DNA from: an uncultured Fibrobacterota bacterium | GTDB taxonomy: Bacteria; Fibrobacterota; Chitinivibrionia; Chitinivibrionales; FEN-1185 | Assembly (NCBI GenBank): GCA_963729895.1 | Contig: CAVSQB010000010.1 | Location: 32,001-96,000 of the forward strand | Reading direction: 5' to 3' | DNA: 64,000 nucleotides | Shown here: one piece after another, positions 50,340-60,589 of the stretch | Position numbering within the stretch: position 1 is the first letter of the stretch | Layout: each line of letters starts with the position of its first letter | The notes under the pieces: generated by a model | The model's input: the letters and a program-made list of their open reading frames with translations, nothing else | Databases searched by the model: none | Told to the model about the DNA's origin: nothing | Made by a program: the position numbers and the translations under genes

Positions 50340-51648
50340 CCAGTAGTGTCCGGTTAAATTGACAACAAGAGAAGGGCTACCAACCTATTTTTATCGTTGA
50401 AGGTTTAGTTTTTGACGATTAAAAAGAGGAGGCAGCCCTTGAACAGAAGAAATACAATATTCAATCAGATAACGCAACTGTTGAATCGGAAGGGATTCTG
50501 GCGCATTGTTAATCGGTACGAAGGAGACAGGTACGTAAAGAGCATGACCTGCTGGCAGGAGATGCAGATTTTGCTCTTTTCGCTGGTAAAGGATTTGGTC
50601 AGCTTTCGGGATGTAGAAGCGTGTCTGAAGAGCAATGCGGATAAGTGGGAACATATTGGTCTTGCGAGTGTAGCCCGCAGTACACTGGCAGATGCACTCG
50701 CTCTCCGGCCATACAAGATGTTTGAAGATCTTTTCTATCAGTTTCTGGATAAATGCCAGCGATTGGCACCTCGTCATGACTTTCGGGTAAAGGTTCCGGT
50801 ATTTACGCATGATTCAACCTTGATCAGCGTATGTCTGTCATCGTTTCCATGGGCACGGTATCGCAGGCGCAAAGGTGGATTGAAACTTCATATGCTTCTG
50901 GACCATGACGGTTACCTACCGTCGTTTATCCGGATGACGGACGGGAAAGTCCATGACATTCGGGTGGTGAAAGATGCCGAATATGATTTTCCTGCGCTTC
51001 CGCCGGACAGCATCCTCACCATTGATCGAGGCTACACAGATTTTGGCTGGCTTCATTCACTGCATACGACTGGTGTTACATTCGTGATCCTGGCAAAATC
51101 CAACATGGCATATCATCTTGTCGGACAGCACAAAGAACCGAACGTAAGACGCGGAATTATCCGTGATCAGGAAGTCGAAATGTCGAATTTTTACGAAAGC
51201 AAGGCATATCCGGAGAAGCTGCGACTGATACAGTATTACAACAAGGAGTTAAACAAGAACCTGGTCTTTCTGACGAACAATTTCACGTTGTCGGCAACGA
51301 CAATTGCTGCACTGTACAAGGGAAGATGGGAGATAGAAACATTTTTCAAGTGGATCAAGCAGCACTTGAAGATAAAGACGTTCTACGGGACCAGCGAAAA
51401 CGCGGTAATGACACAGGTGTGGATAGCCATGATCTTGTATCTCCTGTTGTCGTTTATAAAATTCCAAGCACGGTATGCCTTCACCATGCTGGAATTACTG
51501 CGGGTTATCCGAGAAAGGCTGCTTGGTTTTGAAAGCTTGATTGAATTACTACGGGTCAATTACGAGCGGTTACGTTCTTTGCGCTCCGCTCCAGTGCAAT
51601 TATCATTCTATTAGCCATTGGTCAAGAGGTTTAGCCGGACAGGGCTGG
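50340..51648 (+). mobile_element. IS4-family insertion sequence
   Basis: Imperfect TIRs CCAGTAGTGTCCGGTTAAA / TTTAGCCGGACAGGGCTGG; no TSD visible. Confidence 0.85.
50439..51614 (+). CDS. IS4-family transposase (DUF4372 + DDE_Tnp_1)
   Basis: 'ARSTLADA', 'HDSTLI', 'KLHMLLD', 'DRGYTD', 'LYKGRWEIETFFKWIKQHLKIK..YGTSENAV'. Confidence 0.92.
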   Translation: MNRRNTIFNQITQLLNRKGFWRIVNRYEGDRYVKSMTCWQEMQILLFSLVKDLVSFRDVEACLKSNADKWEHIGLASVARSTLADALALRPYKMFEDLFYQFLDKCQRLAPRHDFRVKVPVFTHDSTLISVCLSSFPWARYRRRKGGLKLHMLLDHDGYLPSFIRMTDGKVHDIRVVKDAEYDFPALPPDSILTIDRGYTDFGWLHSLHTTGVTFVILAKSNMAYHLVGQHKEPNVRRGIIRDQEVEMSNFYESKAYPEKLRLIQYYNKELNKNLVFLTNNFTLSATTIAALYKGRWEIETFFKWIKQHLKIKTFYGTSENAVMTQVWIAMILYLLLSFIKFQARYAFTMLELLRVIRERLLGFESLIELLRVNYERLRSLRSAPVQLSFY

Positions 51649-51844
51649 ATTCTCCTTAAGGGTTAGCCCTTATGAGCATGTATCCGGCATACCGATTCTT
51701 TGTTTTTGACGTACGATGTCGCAGGCGATCCCATTCCTGCGATCCCGGCACAGGTGTAAAAATCAGTTCACGCGCTTTACCAAAGCAAGCAAAAGCGGCA
51801 ACCGCCGAACGCAGCTTGCTAAAAACGACGGCGATAACGACTTT

Positions 51845-52255
51845 TCAAGGTGTTCCTTCTTTCCACTTGGAATCGGCGGACGATTCCTCAACTATTTTTG
51901 TTGCAGTTTTCTTGCCGTCAATTATTTGCCGCGTTACGGTCACATGAGCATCGGTCAGGATGTCGCCAAGAGTGGTTTCTTTTGACAACTCCATCATTCC
52001 GAGCATGATCCTGGCGCCGGATCCAACAGTCAGGGTGTCCAGGGCTGATCTTGTTTTCACGATTAGTACACGGGTCACGGCATCAACCGAAACGACTTTC
52101 CCACGAATCTTCATTTCACTGGCCTCTTGTTCGGCTTGTTCTTTGGCTTTCGTCACAATCTGTTCCTGTGCGGTTGATCCTTCCGCCTGCGCGAAAAGAA
52201 GGCTTGCGCAAGAAAGAACCATAACCAAGATGAGTAAAAACCGTCGGGTAACCAT
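51845..52255 (-). CDS. Small secreted hypothetical protein (OB-fold/DUF5666-like)
   Basis: AAAGGAG RBS, signal peptide, 'IRGKVVSVD...ATKI'. Confidence 0.65.
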   Translation of the reverse strand: MVTRRFLLILVMVLSCASLLFAQAEGSTAQEQIVTKAKEQAEQEASEMKIRGKVVSVDAVTRVLIVKTRSALDTLTVGSGARIMLGMMELSKETTLGDILTDAHVTVTRQIIDGKKTATKIVEESSADSKWKEGTP

Positions 52256-52341
52256 AGCATACTCTCCTTTCGGATGTTCAAGGCTTAACAATTTGTAGCC
52301 GCGTAAAGATTGGCTCATCGGTCGCGCGCTTGCACGCATCC

Positions 52342-53712
52342 TCACAGCAGCGGCGCCAGAAGGCGGGCAACCCCTTCCATGAACTCAACAAAGACATTTG
52401 CTTTTCTAATTCCTCTGGTAGATTGACCCATAAGATCGGTTACCCAATTCCCCAGCTCTTGTACCATGCTTTGGTCATTCATAAACAGCGCGACCTCGTA
52501 GTTAAGAAAAAAGCTTCGCACATCCATGTTCATTGAACCGATAACGCCCAGAGCATTATCGACAAGGATTACCTTGCCGTGCATCATGCCCGGGGAAAAA
52601 TTGCAGATGGTCGCGCCGCTGTCCTGCATTTGCCGGAGATAGCTCCTCCGCACCACATCGGCGAGCGGATGGTTGGAGACCTGCGGCACCACAACCCGAA
52701 CATCGACGCCGCGTTTGGCGGCGATGCACATCGCCTTGAGCAGCATTTCGTCCGGAACAAGATAGGGGGTGGCAATCCACACACGATGCTCGGCCTTGAA
52801 AATAGCGGTGACAATGTCATCGTGGAGCGGATCGCCAACGACATCAGGTCCGCTCGGTACCAACTGCAGGGCAATGGACGGGCCGTTGACGGTATGAGAA
52901 GGACCGTCTTCCTCGGCTGTCTCCTGCTTTGCGGCAAATCGCCAATCCGAACAGAAAACCTGACGCAAATCTGCAACCACCGGCCCGTTTACAATGAGGG
53001 ACAGATCGTGCCAGCGTCGCGTGTTCCCGCCGGCGCCCATGTACTCCCGCGCGATATTCATGCCGCCGAGCATTGCGGTTCCGTTATCGACAATGACAAT
53101 TTTCCGATGATTACGCAAATTTGCGCGGCCCCGAAAGGGCAGATGCATCATCGGCATGAAAGAGGCGTGTTGGCCTCCGCTCGCAAGGAGAGGGGCAAGC
53201 ATCTTTCTTGATACACGAATGGAGCCAAGCGCATCCAAAAGCAGGCGCACGCGAACACCCTGTTTGGCCCGCCGCGTGAGGGCCGCAACCACGGAGACGC
53301 CGGTTTCATCGTTGCCCAAAATGAAGGTGGCGATATCGATGCTCTTCCCGGCGTGTTCGATCAGATCGAAGAGAGCGGCACATGCCTTTTCGCCTGTGGG
53401 AAGCAGCGAAACCTGGTTGCCGCTACGCACAGGAAAAATGCTGCCGACGCCATTCGTAACGGGCCGCTCCGCGGTATCTTTTGTGCCAACGGCCAGGCTT
53501 GGCTTGGTTCTCGTCATGCGCCTGACTTTACGTCCGCCAAAAAGGAGGTATGCCGGCACCCCAAGGTACGGAATCAGCAGAATTGCCAACAGCCAGGCCG
53601 TCGTGCTTGACGGAGATCGCTGTGTGCGGTTCTGGTGAACCAGCAGCGTCACGGCCAGGAAAAATCCGAGAATCGGCAGAATGTGAAATACTATCCAGTG
53701 AACCTTGATCAT
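52342..53712 (-). CDS. cls: Cardiolipin synthase (PLD family)
   Basis: Two N-terminal TMs; HKD motifs 'RNHRKIVIVD' and 'MHGKVILVD'; 'SGPD', 'TPYLVPD'. Confidence 0.88.
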   Translation of the reverse strand: MIKVHWIVFHILPILGFFLAVTLLVHQNRTQRSPSSTTAWLLAILLIPYLGVPAYLLFGGRKVRRMTRTKPSLAVGTKDTAERPVTNGVGSIFPVRSGNQVSLLPTGEKACAALFDLIEHAGKSIDIATFILGNDETGVSVVAALTRRAKQGVRVRLLLDALGSIRVSRKMLAPLLASGGQHASFMPMMHLPFRGRANLRNHRKIVIVDNGTAMLGGMNIAREYMGAGGNTRRWHDLSLIVNGPVVADLRQVFCSDWRFAAKQETAEEDGPSHTVNGPSIALQLVPSGPDVVGDPLHDDIVTAIFKAEHRVWIATPYLVPDEMLLKAMCIAAKRGVDVRVVVPQVSNHPLADVVRRSYLRQMQDSGATICNFSPGMMHGKVILVDNALGVIGSMNMDVRSFFLNYEVALFMNDQSMVQELGNWVTDLMGQSTRGIRKANVFVEFMEGVARLLAPLL

Positions 53713-53713
53713 A

Positions 53714-54463
53714 CTATTGCAGTTCGCTTTCTGTAAACAGGACCGCGTGATCGGAAAGCCTCTTCCACGCTCCCCTATAGTACGTCGCGGATTTCTTTGC
53801 CGTCAGACCCCTGAGGTAAATTCGATCGAGCGGCAAAAAAGGAATGAACGCCGGAAAGGTGCGTGACCTCCTGCCGTTTGCCTCCCGGGCGGCGTCCTTC
53901 AGGCCCAAGAGCTGAGCGAAATCGTCGACGTCTTTCCCATGCCAGTCGTTAAAATCTCCTGCCATGATTATCGGCGCATCGCTCGGAATACACCGGTTGA
54001 TGAAATCAGCCTGAATCCTGAGCTGCTTTCGGCGCGAAGCGGCAAAAAGCCCCAGATGAATGCACAAACAATGCAACGGATTCGTGCCGCCTGGAATGTG
54101 CACGGCGCAGTACAGAAAACCGCGTTGCTCAAAACTATTGGTTGAAGTGTCGATCTGTTCTGAATGAAGGATGGGGAACTTTGAAAGGATCGCATTGCCA
54201 TGATGGCCGTGGGGATAGAATGCGTTCTTTCCGTATGCAAAATATTTCCACTCGGAATCGGCGAGGAATTCGTGTTGCGCCTGATCGGGCCAATCGGGCT
54301 GCTTTTCCGCCTGAGCGGAGTTCTTGCCAACCACCTCCTGTAAAAAAACCAAATCGGCTTCCATAAATCGGATTGCCTCGCGAAGCCTATGAAGGATAAG
54401 ACGCCGGTTGCCCCAGGAGAACCCTTTGTGAATATTGATGGTTACGATGCGCAGTTTTTGCAT
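53714..54463 (-). CDS. Endonuclease/exonuclease/phosphatase family protein (YbhP-like)
   Basis: 'TINIHKG', 'FLQEV', 'HHGNAILS', 'AGDFNDW', 'LSDH'; upstream of cls as in ybhP-clsB. Confidence 0.88.
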   Translation of the reverse strand: MQKLRIVTINIHKGFSWGNRRLILHRLREAIRFMEADLVFLQEVVGKNSAQAEKQPDWPDQAQHEFLADSEWKYFAYGKNAFYPHGHHGNAILSKFPILHSEQIDTSTNSFEQRGFLYCAVHIPGGTNPLHCLCIHLGLFAASRRKQLRIQADFINRCIPSDAPIIMAGDFNDWHGKDVDDFAQLLGLKDAAREANGRRSRTFPAFIPFLPLDRIYLRGLTAKKSATYYRGAWKRLSDHAVLFTESELQ

Positions 54464-54492
54464 GCAGGCTCATTTCATGGAAACTCCGGTCT

Positions 54493-55497
54493 TCAAACCA
54501 ACTTGACTATCATCTTTCCAACGTTTTTTCCTAGAAAAAGGCCGATGAATGCGTCCGTCGCTTTGTCGATCCCATTCACGACCGTTTCTATGTTTTTGAT
54601 TTTCCCGTCGCGAAAATAGCCGCCCACCTCTTTCTCAAATTCGCCTTGACGATCAATCCAATCGCGAACGATCATTCCTTTCATGCTCAAGCGTTTGCCG
54701 ATCATGTAAAAAAGATTGGAAGGTCCGGGCCGCGGCTTTTCTTCATTGTAACCGGAGATGCCGCCACAGGCAATGATCCGGCCGTGCACCCGCAAAGCGG
54801 AAAGCGCAGCTTCCAGTGTTTCGCCTCCCACATTATCGAAATAGACATCGATGCCATCCGGCGCCGCCTCAGCAAGCTGCTTGACAACCGGACCGGCTTT
54901 GTAGTTAAAGGCTGCGTCGAATCCACATTCTTCCATTAGAAACTTAACCTTTTCGTCTGACCCGGCCGACCCGATAACCCGGCACCCGCGCAATTTTGCA
55001 AGTTGTCCGGCCATGCTGCCAACGGCTCCGGCGGCCCCCGAAATGTGAACAACATCTCCGGCCTTGACCTCCACCAAATTCAACCCAACCCACGCGGTCA
55101 TGCCCGTCATGCCGAGCGCGCCAAGATGTACCGATAGCGGTTGAATCTTCGAATTTACCGCATTTAAGTCTTTCGGCAAAGCAATGAAGTACTCCCGCCA
55201 CCCAAAGTTGGAGATAACAGCATCGCCTGGTTTGAACTCCTTGGCGCGCGACTCAACGACCTCCCCGACCGCGCCGCCATCGAGCGGTTTACCCAACTCA
55301 AATGGCGGTACATACGATTTTCCTTCGTTCATGCGACCTCGCATGTATGGGTCCACCGACATAAAGAGATTGCGAATGAGGATTTCTTGGCCTCGCAACG
55401 GCTCCAGCTCCGTTCTGGCCAGGGCAAAATTACCTGCGGTTGGCAATCCGTACGGGCGGGAGACCAAACGAATTTCACGGCTTGTCATTTTGTCCAT
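54493..55497 (-). CDS. NADP-dependent oxidoreductase (CurA/YncB, MDR family)
   Basis: 'MSVDPYMRGRM', 'SGAAGAVGS', 'YFDNVGG', 'GKNVGK'. Confidence 0.9.
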   Translation of the reverse strand: MDKMTSREIRLVSRPYGLPTAGNFALARTELEPLRGQEILIRNLFMSVDPYMRGRMNEGKSYVPPFELGKPLDGGAVGEVVESRAKEFKPGDAVISNFGWREYFIALPKDLNAVNSKIQPLSVHLGALGMTGMTAWVGLNLVEVKAGDVVHISGAAGAVGSMAGQLAKLRGCRVIGSAGSDEKVKFLMEECGFDAAFNYKAGPVVKQLAEAAPDGIDVYFDNVGGETLEAALSALRVHGRIIACGGISGYNEEKPRPGPSNLFYMIGKRLSMKGMIVRDWIDRQGEFEKEVGGYFRDGKIKNIETVVNGIDKATDAFIGLFLGKNVGKMIVKLV

Positions 55498-55551
55498 AAA
55501 CAACTCCTTGTCGAGGGTGCAAAGCTAACGGCCTCGCGCTCAACTTTGCCG

Positions 55552-56415
55552 TCACAACTGTTTGCGGATGGCTTTCAATTCCCGGCGACGCTTTTTTGAG
55601 ATCTCCGGATAGGTCATTGTAAGATCACCGAGCGCGTCAAGGACTATGCGGGAAACGATCAGCCGGGAATTCTCCTTGTCATCGGCGGGAACAATGTACC
55701 AGGGCGCGTGATTTGCGTTTGTTGCGCTGAGGCAGGCCTCGTAGGCCTTCATATAATCCTTCCAGTACTTCCTCTCCGAAATGTCCGCCAGACTACATTT
55801 CCAATTCTTGTCCGGCTCGTCAATGCGCTCCAGGAAACGCTTCCGTTGTTCGTCTTTCGATAGGTAAAGAAAAACCTTAATGATCTTGGTGCCGTTACGG
55901 TGGAGATGGTGTTCAAGATGCGCGATGGATCGGTACCGCCCCTCCCAAATCGTCTTCTTGTCAAGAAATTCATCCGGCAGCCCCTGGCTCTTGAGAATCT
56001 CCGGATGCACGCGAACGATAAGGACTTCCTCGTAGTACGAACGATTGAAAATGCCGATCCGCCCGCGCTGCGGCAGGCGGCACGTGGTGCGCCAGAGAAA
56101 ATCGTGGCTCAATTCTTCGGCGCTCGGCTGCTTGAAACTGAAAACCTCGCAGCTCTGCGGATTGAGGCCCGACATCACGTGCTTGATCACGCCGTCTTTG
56201 CCCGCGGCGTCCATTGCTTGGAAAATCAGCAGAACCGAATAACGGCTGTAGGCGTAGAGCATGCTCTGCAGCGCGCTCATTTTCCTCACGTGCTCGACGA
56301 GGATTTCCTGATAGTGTTCCTTGGATTTGTAGTAAGGCTTTACCCGCGTCCGCCACCTCTTGAGTCTAACCTTGGCTCCGGGCCGCACCCGGAAATCTTT
56401 TGAATTGATTTTCAT
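55552..56415 (-). CDS. ppk2: Polyphosphate kinase 2 family (class III-like)
   Basis: '[11 protein letters not shown]', 'HDFLWR', '[15 protein letters not shown]', '[11 protein letters not shown]'. Confidence 0.9.
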   Translation of the reverse strand: MKINSKDFRVRPGAKVRLKRWRTRVKPYYKSKEHYQEILVEHVRKMSALQSMLYAYSRYSVLLIFQAMDAAGKDGVIKHVMSGLNPQSCEVFSFKQPSAEELSHDFLWRTTCRLPQRGRIGIFNRSYYEEVLIVRVHPEILKSQGLPDEFLDKKTIWEGRYRSIAHLEHHLHRNGTKIIKVFLYLSKDEQRKRFLERIDEPDKNWKCSLADISERKYWKDYMKAYEACLSATNANHAPWYIVPADDKENSRLIVSRIVLDALGDLTMTYPEISKKRRRELKAIRKQL

Positions 56416-56456
56416 TTTTATTCTTTCGGTTATGTCAGCTGCGCTGTTTGCCCGGC

Positions 56457-59249
56457 TTATTTTTGGGTTTCCGCTTCTGGAGGCTTTTGCTCCGCATCGT
56501 CCGCTTCCTGAACCGCGCGAACGTCGTCGCGCCCTAGTTGCTCGTAAAATTTATGGACTTTTTTGGCGAGCTGATCTGATACCTGGACCGCCGGCTTCGT
56601 GTTCGATTCCGGATTGTTTTCCGTTTGGGCATCAGGCTTCGGCTTGGCTTCGTCCTTGCGAATTTCCTTCTCCGCTTTTTCCCAGTCCTGGACGGCGTGG
56701 CCTTCGTGTCGGCCTTCCTGTTCGTATAGTTCATAGGCCCGTGCCACGATCTGCGGCGTCAAATCGGACGTTATTGACGAGATCGTGGACTTGATCGGAT
56801 CGAAAATCCGGTACGCGAGCAGTTTAAGACGGTCGCCCAAAAGCGCCCATACAATCGCATATCCCCACACGAATCCGGCCCAGCCCCACCCCAATGGAGG
56901 CATGAGGAAACCGTAGACCGTGATGAATGTCGCCAGTATCTGCGTGCCGAGCACTGCCATCCACAAAATCTTCGCGGGACGGATGGACCAGAACGGGCCG
57001 CGCGTGCGGGTGAGAAAAATAGTCAGATGTCCGGCCACGGACAGCATCAAATACATCATCGGCTGGAGATGCGGACGGTCGAGGTGAAAAACGCGGTCGC
57101 CAAGGTAAAACAGGCCGAATGCGGCAATGGGCCCGATAACACCCAACACCGTGGCGATTCCCAACACCATGCGCATGTTCCAGGACTCCGGCTTGTTCTT
57201 GTAATGCACGTTGTCGTATGCGATTGACAGAATAGCGCCATCGTTGAGCAGGGCCAACATCACGATCATTACCGCGGTCAACGGATAAAAGTTGAAGAAC
57301 AGGATCGCCGCCGTCATAAATAACAGCACGCGCAACGTTTCGGCGATGCGGTAAATTGCATAGCTGTTCATCCGCTGGAAGATCTTCCGGCTCTCTTTGA
57401 TCGCGTCGATAATCACCGAAAGCCCGGGCGTCATAAGCACGATGGCCGAGGCGGCGCGCGCCGCGTCCGTCGCCCCGGAAACCGCGATACCGCAGTCCGC
57501 TTTCTTGAGCGCCGGAGCGTCATTCACCCCGTCGCCGGTCATGCCCACAATATGACCGCGTTTTTGCAGAACATCCACGATATGGAACTTATGCTCGGGA
57601 AATACCTGGGCGAAACCGTCGGCCTTCTCGATGGACTCCGCCATTTGAGAGGTTTCTTGACGTTTGACATCACCCAGGCCGGCTGCGTCGAGGATATTTC
57701 CACCCATGCCCAATTTCTTGGCGGTCTCCTGCGCAATTGCCAGCGCATCACCCGTGACCATCTTTACTTTCACGCCCATATTGTGCGCGGTTTCAATGGT
57801 TGCCCTGGCATCGTCCCGCGGCGGATCGAACAGGGGCAGCACGCCGAGAAACTGCCACTGGCCGTCGCCATCGGCCCGGGCCACGCCAAGCGATCGAAAG
57901 CCGCGTGCAGCAAATTCGCTCACCGCCTTTTCGACGGCTGGCTTGACTTGGGCGGCATTGGCGGACAAGGCCAGAATCACCTGCGGCGCGCCCTTTGTCC
58001 CTTTGGAGGTCTTTCCGTCTTTGGTTTTCACCGTGGCCTCGGTGCGTTTATGAACCGGGTCGAACGGCTGGAAATGAACCACTTCATAAGCCTTCAACGC
58101 GTCTTTGTCCTTGACTCCTCCCAGGACAGCCAGGTCGATGGTGTCGTTGTTTTCGGAGCGGGACGCCAGCGCGCCGTTGAGGATAACTTGCTCCGCGGGA
58201 ACATTGGTCACACTGAATGGATCGCCCAAGGTCAACTTGTTCTGTGTCAATGTTCCGGTCTTGTCAGAGCATAAAACGTCCACGCCCGCCAATTCCTCGA
58301 TTGCGGTCAACCGGCTCACAATGGCCTTTTTCCTTGCAAGCAGGCGCGCGCCCACCGCCATGGTAACGGACAAAACCGTGGGCATCGCAACCGGAATCGC
58401 GGCTATGGTAAGCACCAGGGCGAATTGCAATGTGGTAAGTATCGGGTCGCCCCGGACAATTGCCACGGTGATAATAATCGCCACCAGGGCCACCGCAAGG
58501 ATGATCAGGAAATTGCCGATTTTCAAGACTGCTTTTTGAAAATGGCTGACCGTTTTTGCCTCTTGAACCAACTGCGCGGTCTTGCTAAAATAGGTTTTCG
58601 CTCCCGTGGCATACACCATTGCACCGGCTTCACCTTGACGAATGATCGAACCTGAAAACACGGCGTCGCCGGCTTTGCGCTCGGCGGGCAACGACTCGCC
58701 TGTCAACGCGGACTGGTCCACCTCCACCGGGTCACCGTCAAGCAATCGCGCATCGGCCGGCACGATGTCGCCCAGGCGCAAACGTATAACGTCGCCCGGC
58801 ACCAACTCGCGTACTGCCGGCGTGGTCCACTTCCCGTCGCGTTTTACCCGGGCCTTAACCGCCAGCTTCGACTTCAACGCGGCAATGGCGTTTCCCGCCT
58901 CACGCTCTTCCCAGAATCCCACCAGTGCATTCGCTACCAGCAAAATGAGAATAATGAAGAAATCCGGCCAATGCCGGACCACACCGGACAGAATCACCGC
59001 AGCTTCGATCATCCACGGAATCGGGCCCCAGAAATAGGAAAGAAATTTCAGCAGCGGGTTGGTCTTCTTTTCCTCGATTTCATTGGGTCCGTACTCCGCC
59101 AGCCGTTTCTGCGCTTCGGCCTGGGTGAGACCCTCCGGCGAAGATCCTAATCTCTTCTCCACATCCGGCAGGGGCAGGGATTTCAGATCGTCTTTGGAAT
59201 CGGGCTTTGGTTCGGGCTTATAACCGGCTGCCTTTTCTTCTATCTTCAT
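56457..59249 (-). CDS. Plasma-membrane proton-efflux P-type ATPase (type IIIA) with C-terminal DUF2934-like extension
   Basis: 'ALTGES', '[16 protein letters not shown]', 'CSDKTGT', 'KGAPQ', '[12 protein letters not shown]', 'ALLNDG'. Confidence 0.93.
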   Translation of the reverse strand: MKIEEKAAGYKPEPKPDSKDDLKSLPLPDVEKRLGSSPEGLTQAEAQKRLAEYGPNEIEEKKTNPLLKFLSYFWGPIPWMIEAAVILSGVVRHWPDFFIILILLVANALVGFWEEREAGNAIAALKSKLAVKARVKRDGKWTTPAVRELVPGDVIRLRLGDIVPADARLLDGDPVEVDQSALTGESLPAERKAGDAVFSGSIIRQGEAGAMVYATGAKTYFSKTAQLVQEAKTVSHFQKAVLKIGNFLIILAVALVAIIITVAIVRGDPILTTLQFALVLTIAAIPVAMPTVLSVTMAVGARLLARKKAIVSRLTAIEELAGVDVLCSDKTGTLTQNKLTLGDPFSVTNVPAEQVILNGALASRSENNDTIDLAVLGGVKDKDALKAYEVVHFQPFDPVHKRTEATVKTKDGKTSKGTKGAPQVILALSANAAQVKPAVEKAVSEFAARGFRSLGVARADGDGQWQFLGVLPLFDPPRDDARATIETAHNMGVKVKMVTGDALAIAQETAKKLGMGGNILDAAGLGDVKRQETSQMAESIEKADGFAQVFPEHKFHIVDVLQKRGHIVGMTGDGVNDAPALKKADCGIAVSGATDAARAASAIVLMTPGLSVIIDAIKESRKIFQRMNSYAIYRIAETLRVLLFMTAAILFFNFYPLTAVMIVMLALLNDGAILSIAYDNVHYKNKPESWNMRMVLGIATVLGVIGPIAAFGLFYLGDRVFHLDRPHLQPMMYLMLSVAGHLTIFLTRTRGPFWSIRPAKILWMAVLGTQILATFITVYGFLMPPLGWGWAGFVWGYAIVWALLGDRLKLLAYRIFDPIKSTISSITSDLTPQIVARAYELYEQEGRHEGHAVQDWEKAEKEIRKDEAKPKPDAQTENNPESNTKPAVQVSDQLAKKVHKFYEQLGRDDVRAVQEADDAEQKPPEAETQK

Positions 59250-59330
59250 TATGTTTCTCCTTTTCGTTCCGTAGCTAGCCGTTCACTTCAAAGATCGTGA
59301 ACGCCCGACTATTTCCTAAATGCCTTGACA

Positions 59331-59574
59331 ATAACGACTTCTTTCCACTTGGAATCGGTGGACGATTCCTCAACCATTTTTGTTGCAGTTTTCTTGCCGT
59401 CAATTATTCGCCACGTTACGGTCGGTCAGGATGTCGCCAAGAGTAGTTTCTTTTGACAACTCCATCATTCCGAGCATGATCCTGGCGCCGGATTCAACAG
59501 TCAGGGGTGTCCAGGGCTGATCTTGTTTTCACGATTAGTGTACGGGTCGGACATCCAACCGAAACCACTTTCCC
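59331..59574 (-). pseudogene. Degenerate partial copy of the 51845-52255 gene
   Basis: Direct repeat of 51834-52102 with 15-bp and 11-bp deletions and a +1 G insertion. Confidence 0.85.
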
Positions 59575-59639
59575 TGGATACAATGACCATTTGGGCGAGC
59601 TTGGGTATCACCTTATCTCCGAGATTACTTTTTGCGGTG

Positions 59640-60584
59640 CTATTTTCCCTTTTGTTCGAGCCATTCCAGCATGGTGTGAATACTCCCCGTGGCAAGAGCA
59701 ATGCAGGAGTCCGCTGCGCCATAATAGAGACGGAGGGTGTCTCCGTCCGGGGCAACGGTATAGCCGCACGGGAAAACGACATTGTCCACATCCCCTTGCC
59801 GCTCATAGGGTTCTTCCGGGCCGAATACCCACTCATCACCGCGCTTGAAGCACTTTTCCGGCGTGTGCAGATCAAACAAAGCAAGCCCGAGCCGATAAAT
59901 GCAACCCGCGCCGGTCATCCTGACTCCATGATAGATCACCAACCAGCCACGGGGAGTTTCTATGGGTGGCGGCGAGAGGCCGATCTTATTTGCATCCCAC
60001 CATGCCCCGCGCCGCGATTCGAGCATAAGCTTATGGCTCCCCCAGTGACGCAAATCGGAAGAATAGGAAATCCACACATGCGCTTCGGGGCCGCTTACCG
60101 GGCGGTGAATGAGCGCCCAGTAGTCGCCGATCCGGTTTGGAAAGAGCGCCGCATCCTTGTCGTCCGGCGACATGATCTCCCCAAACCGCTCAAAGGTGTG
60201 AAAATCCTCGGTAAGCGCCAGAGCCACGCCCGGGCCGCCGTGCGTAAAAGCGGTATAGACAATTGCGAATTTCTTGAGCTCAGCGACATAGGTGATGCGC
60301 GGGTCTTCCACGCCCCACAGCTCTTCGGGGAAGTGTTCCGGATCGGGATACAGGGTCGGCGTTGGATCGATCTTCCAGTCATCCACGCCGTTTGCGGACC
60401 TTGCTGCGCACAAATGTGAATGTCCGCGGCGGTCCTCAACACGGCACAAAAGCAGCGTGGTTCCATCCGCCAGCAATGTTGCGCCGGGGTTGAAAACGCT
60501 ATGTACCGGATAGGGCCAGTCCGCGGCGGTGAGGATAGGGTTAAGTTTGTGCCTGCGAAAGAGTTCGGGGTGTTGGTTGTCCAT
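59640..60584 (-). CDS. GH130-family glycosidase/phosphorylase
   Basis: 'NPIL', 'VFNPGA', 'GVEDPRI', 'DKDAALFP', 'WLVIYHG', 'NVVFPCG', 'YYGAAD'. Confidence 0.88.
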   Translation of the reverse strand: MDNQHPELFRRHKLNPILTAADWPYPVHSVFNPGATLLADGTTLLLCRVEDRRGHSHLCAARSANGVDDWKIDPTPTLYPDPEHFPEELWGVEDPRITYVAELKKFAIVYTAFTHGGPGVALALTEDFHTFERFGEIMSPDDKDAALFPNRIGDYWALIHRPVSGPEAHVWISYSSDLRHWGSHKLMLESRRGAWWDANKIGLSPPPIETPRGWLVIYHGVRMTGAGCIYRLGLALFDLHTPEKCFKRGDEWVFGPEEPYERQGDVDNVVFPCGYTVAPDGDTLRLYYGAADSCIALATGSIHTMLEWLEQKGK

Positions 60585-60589
60585 AATGA

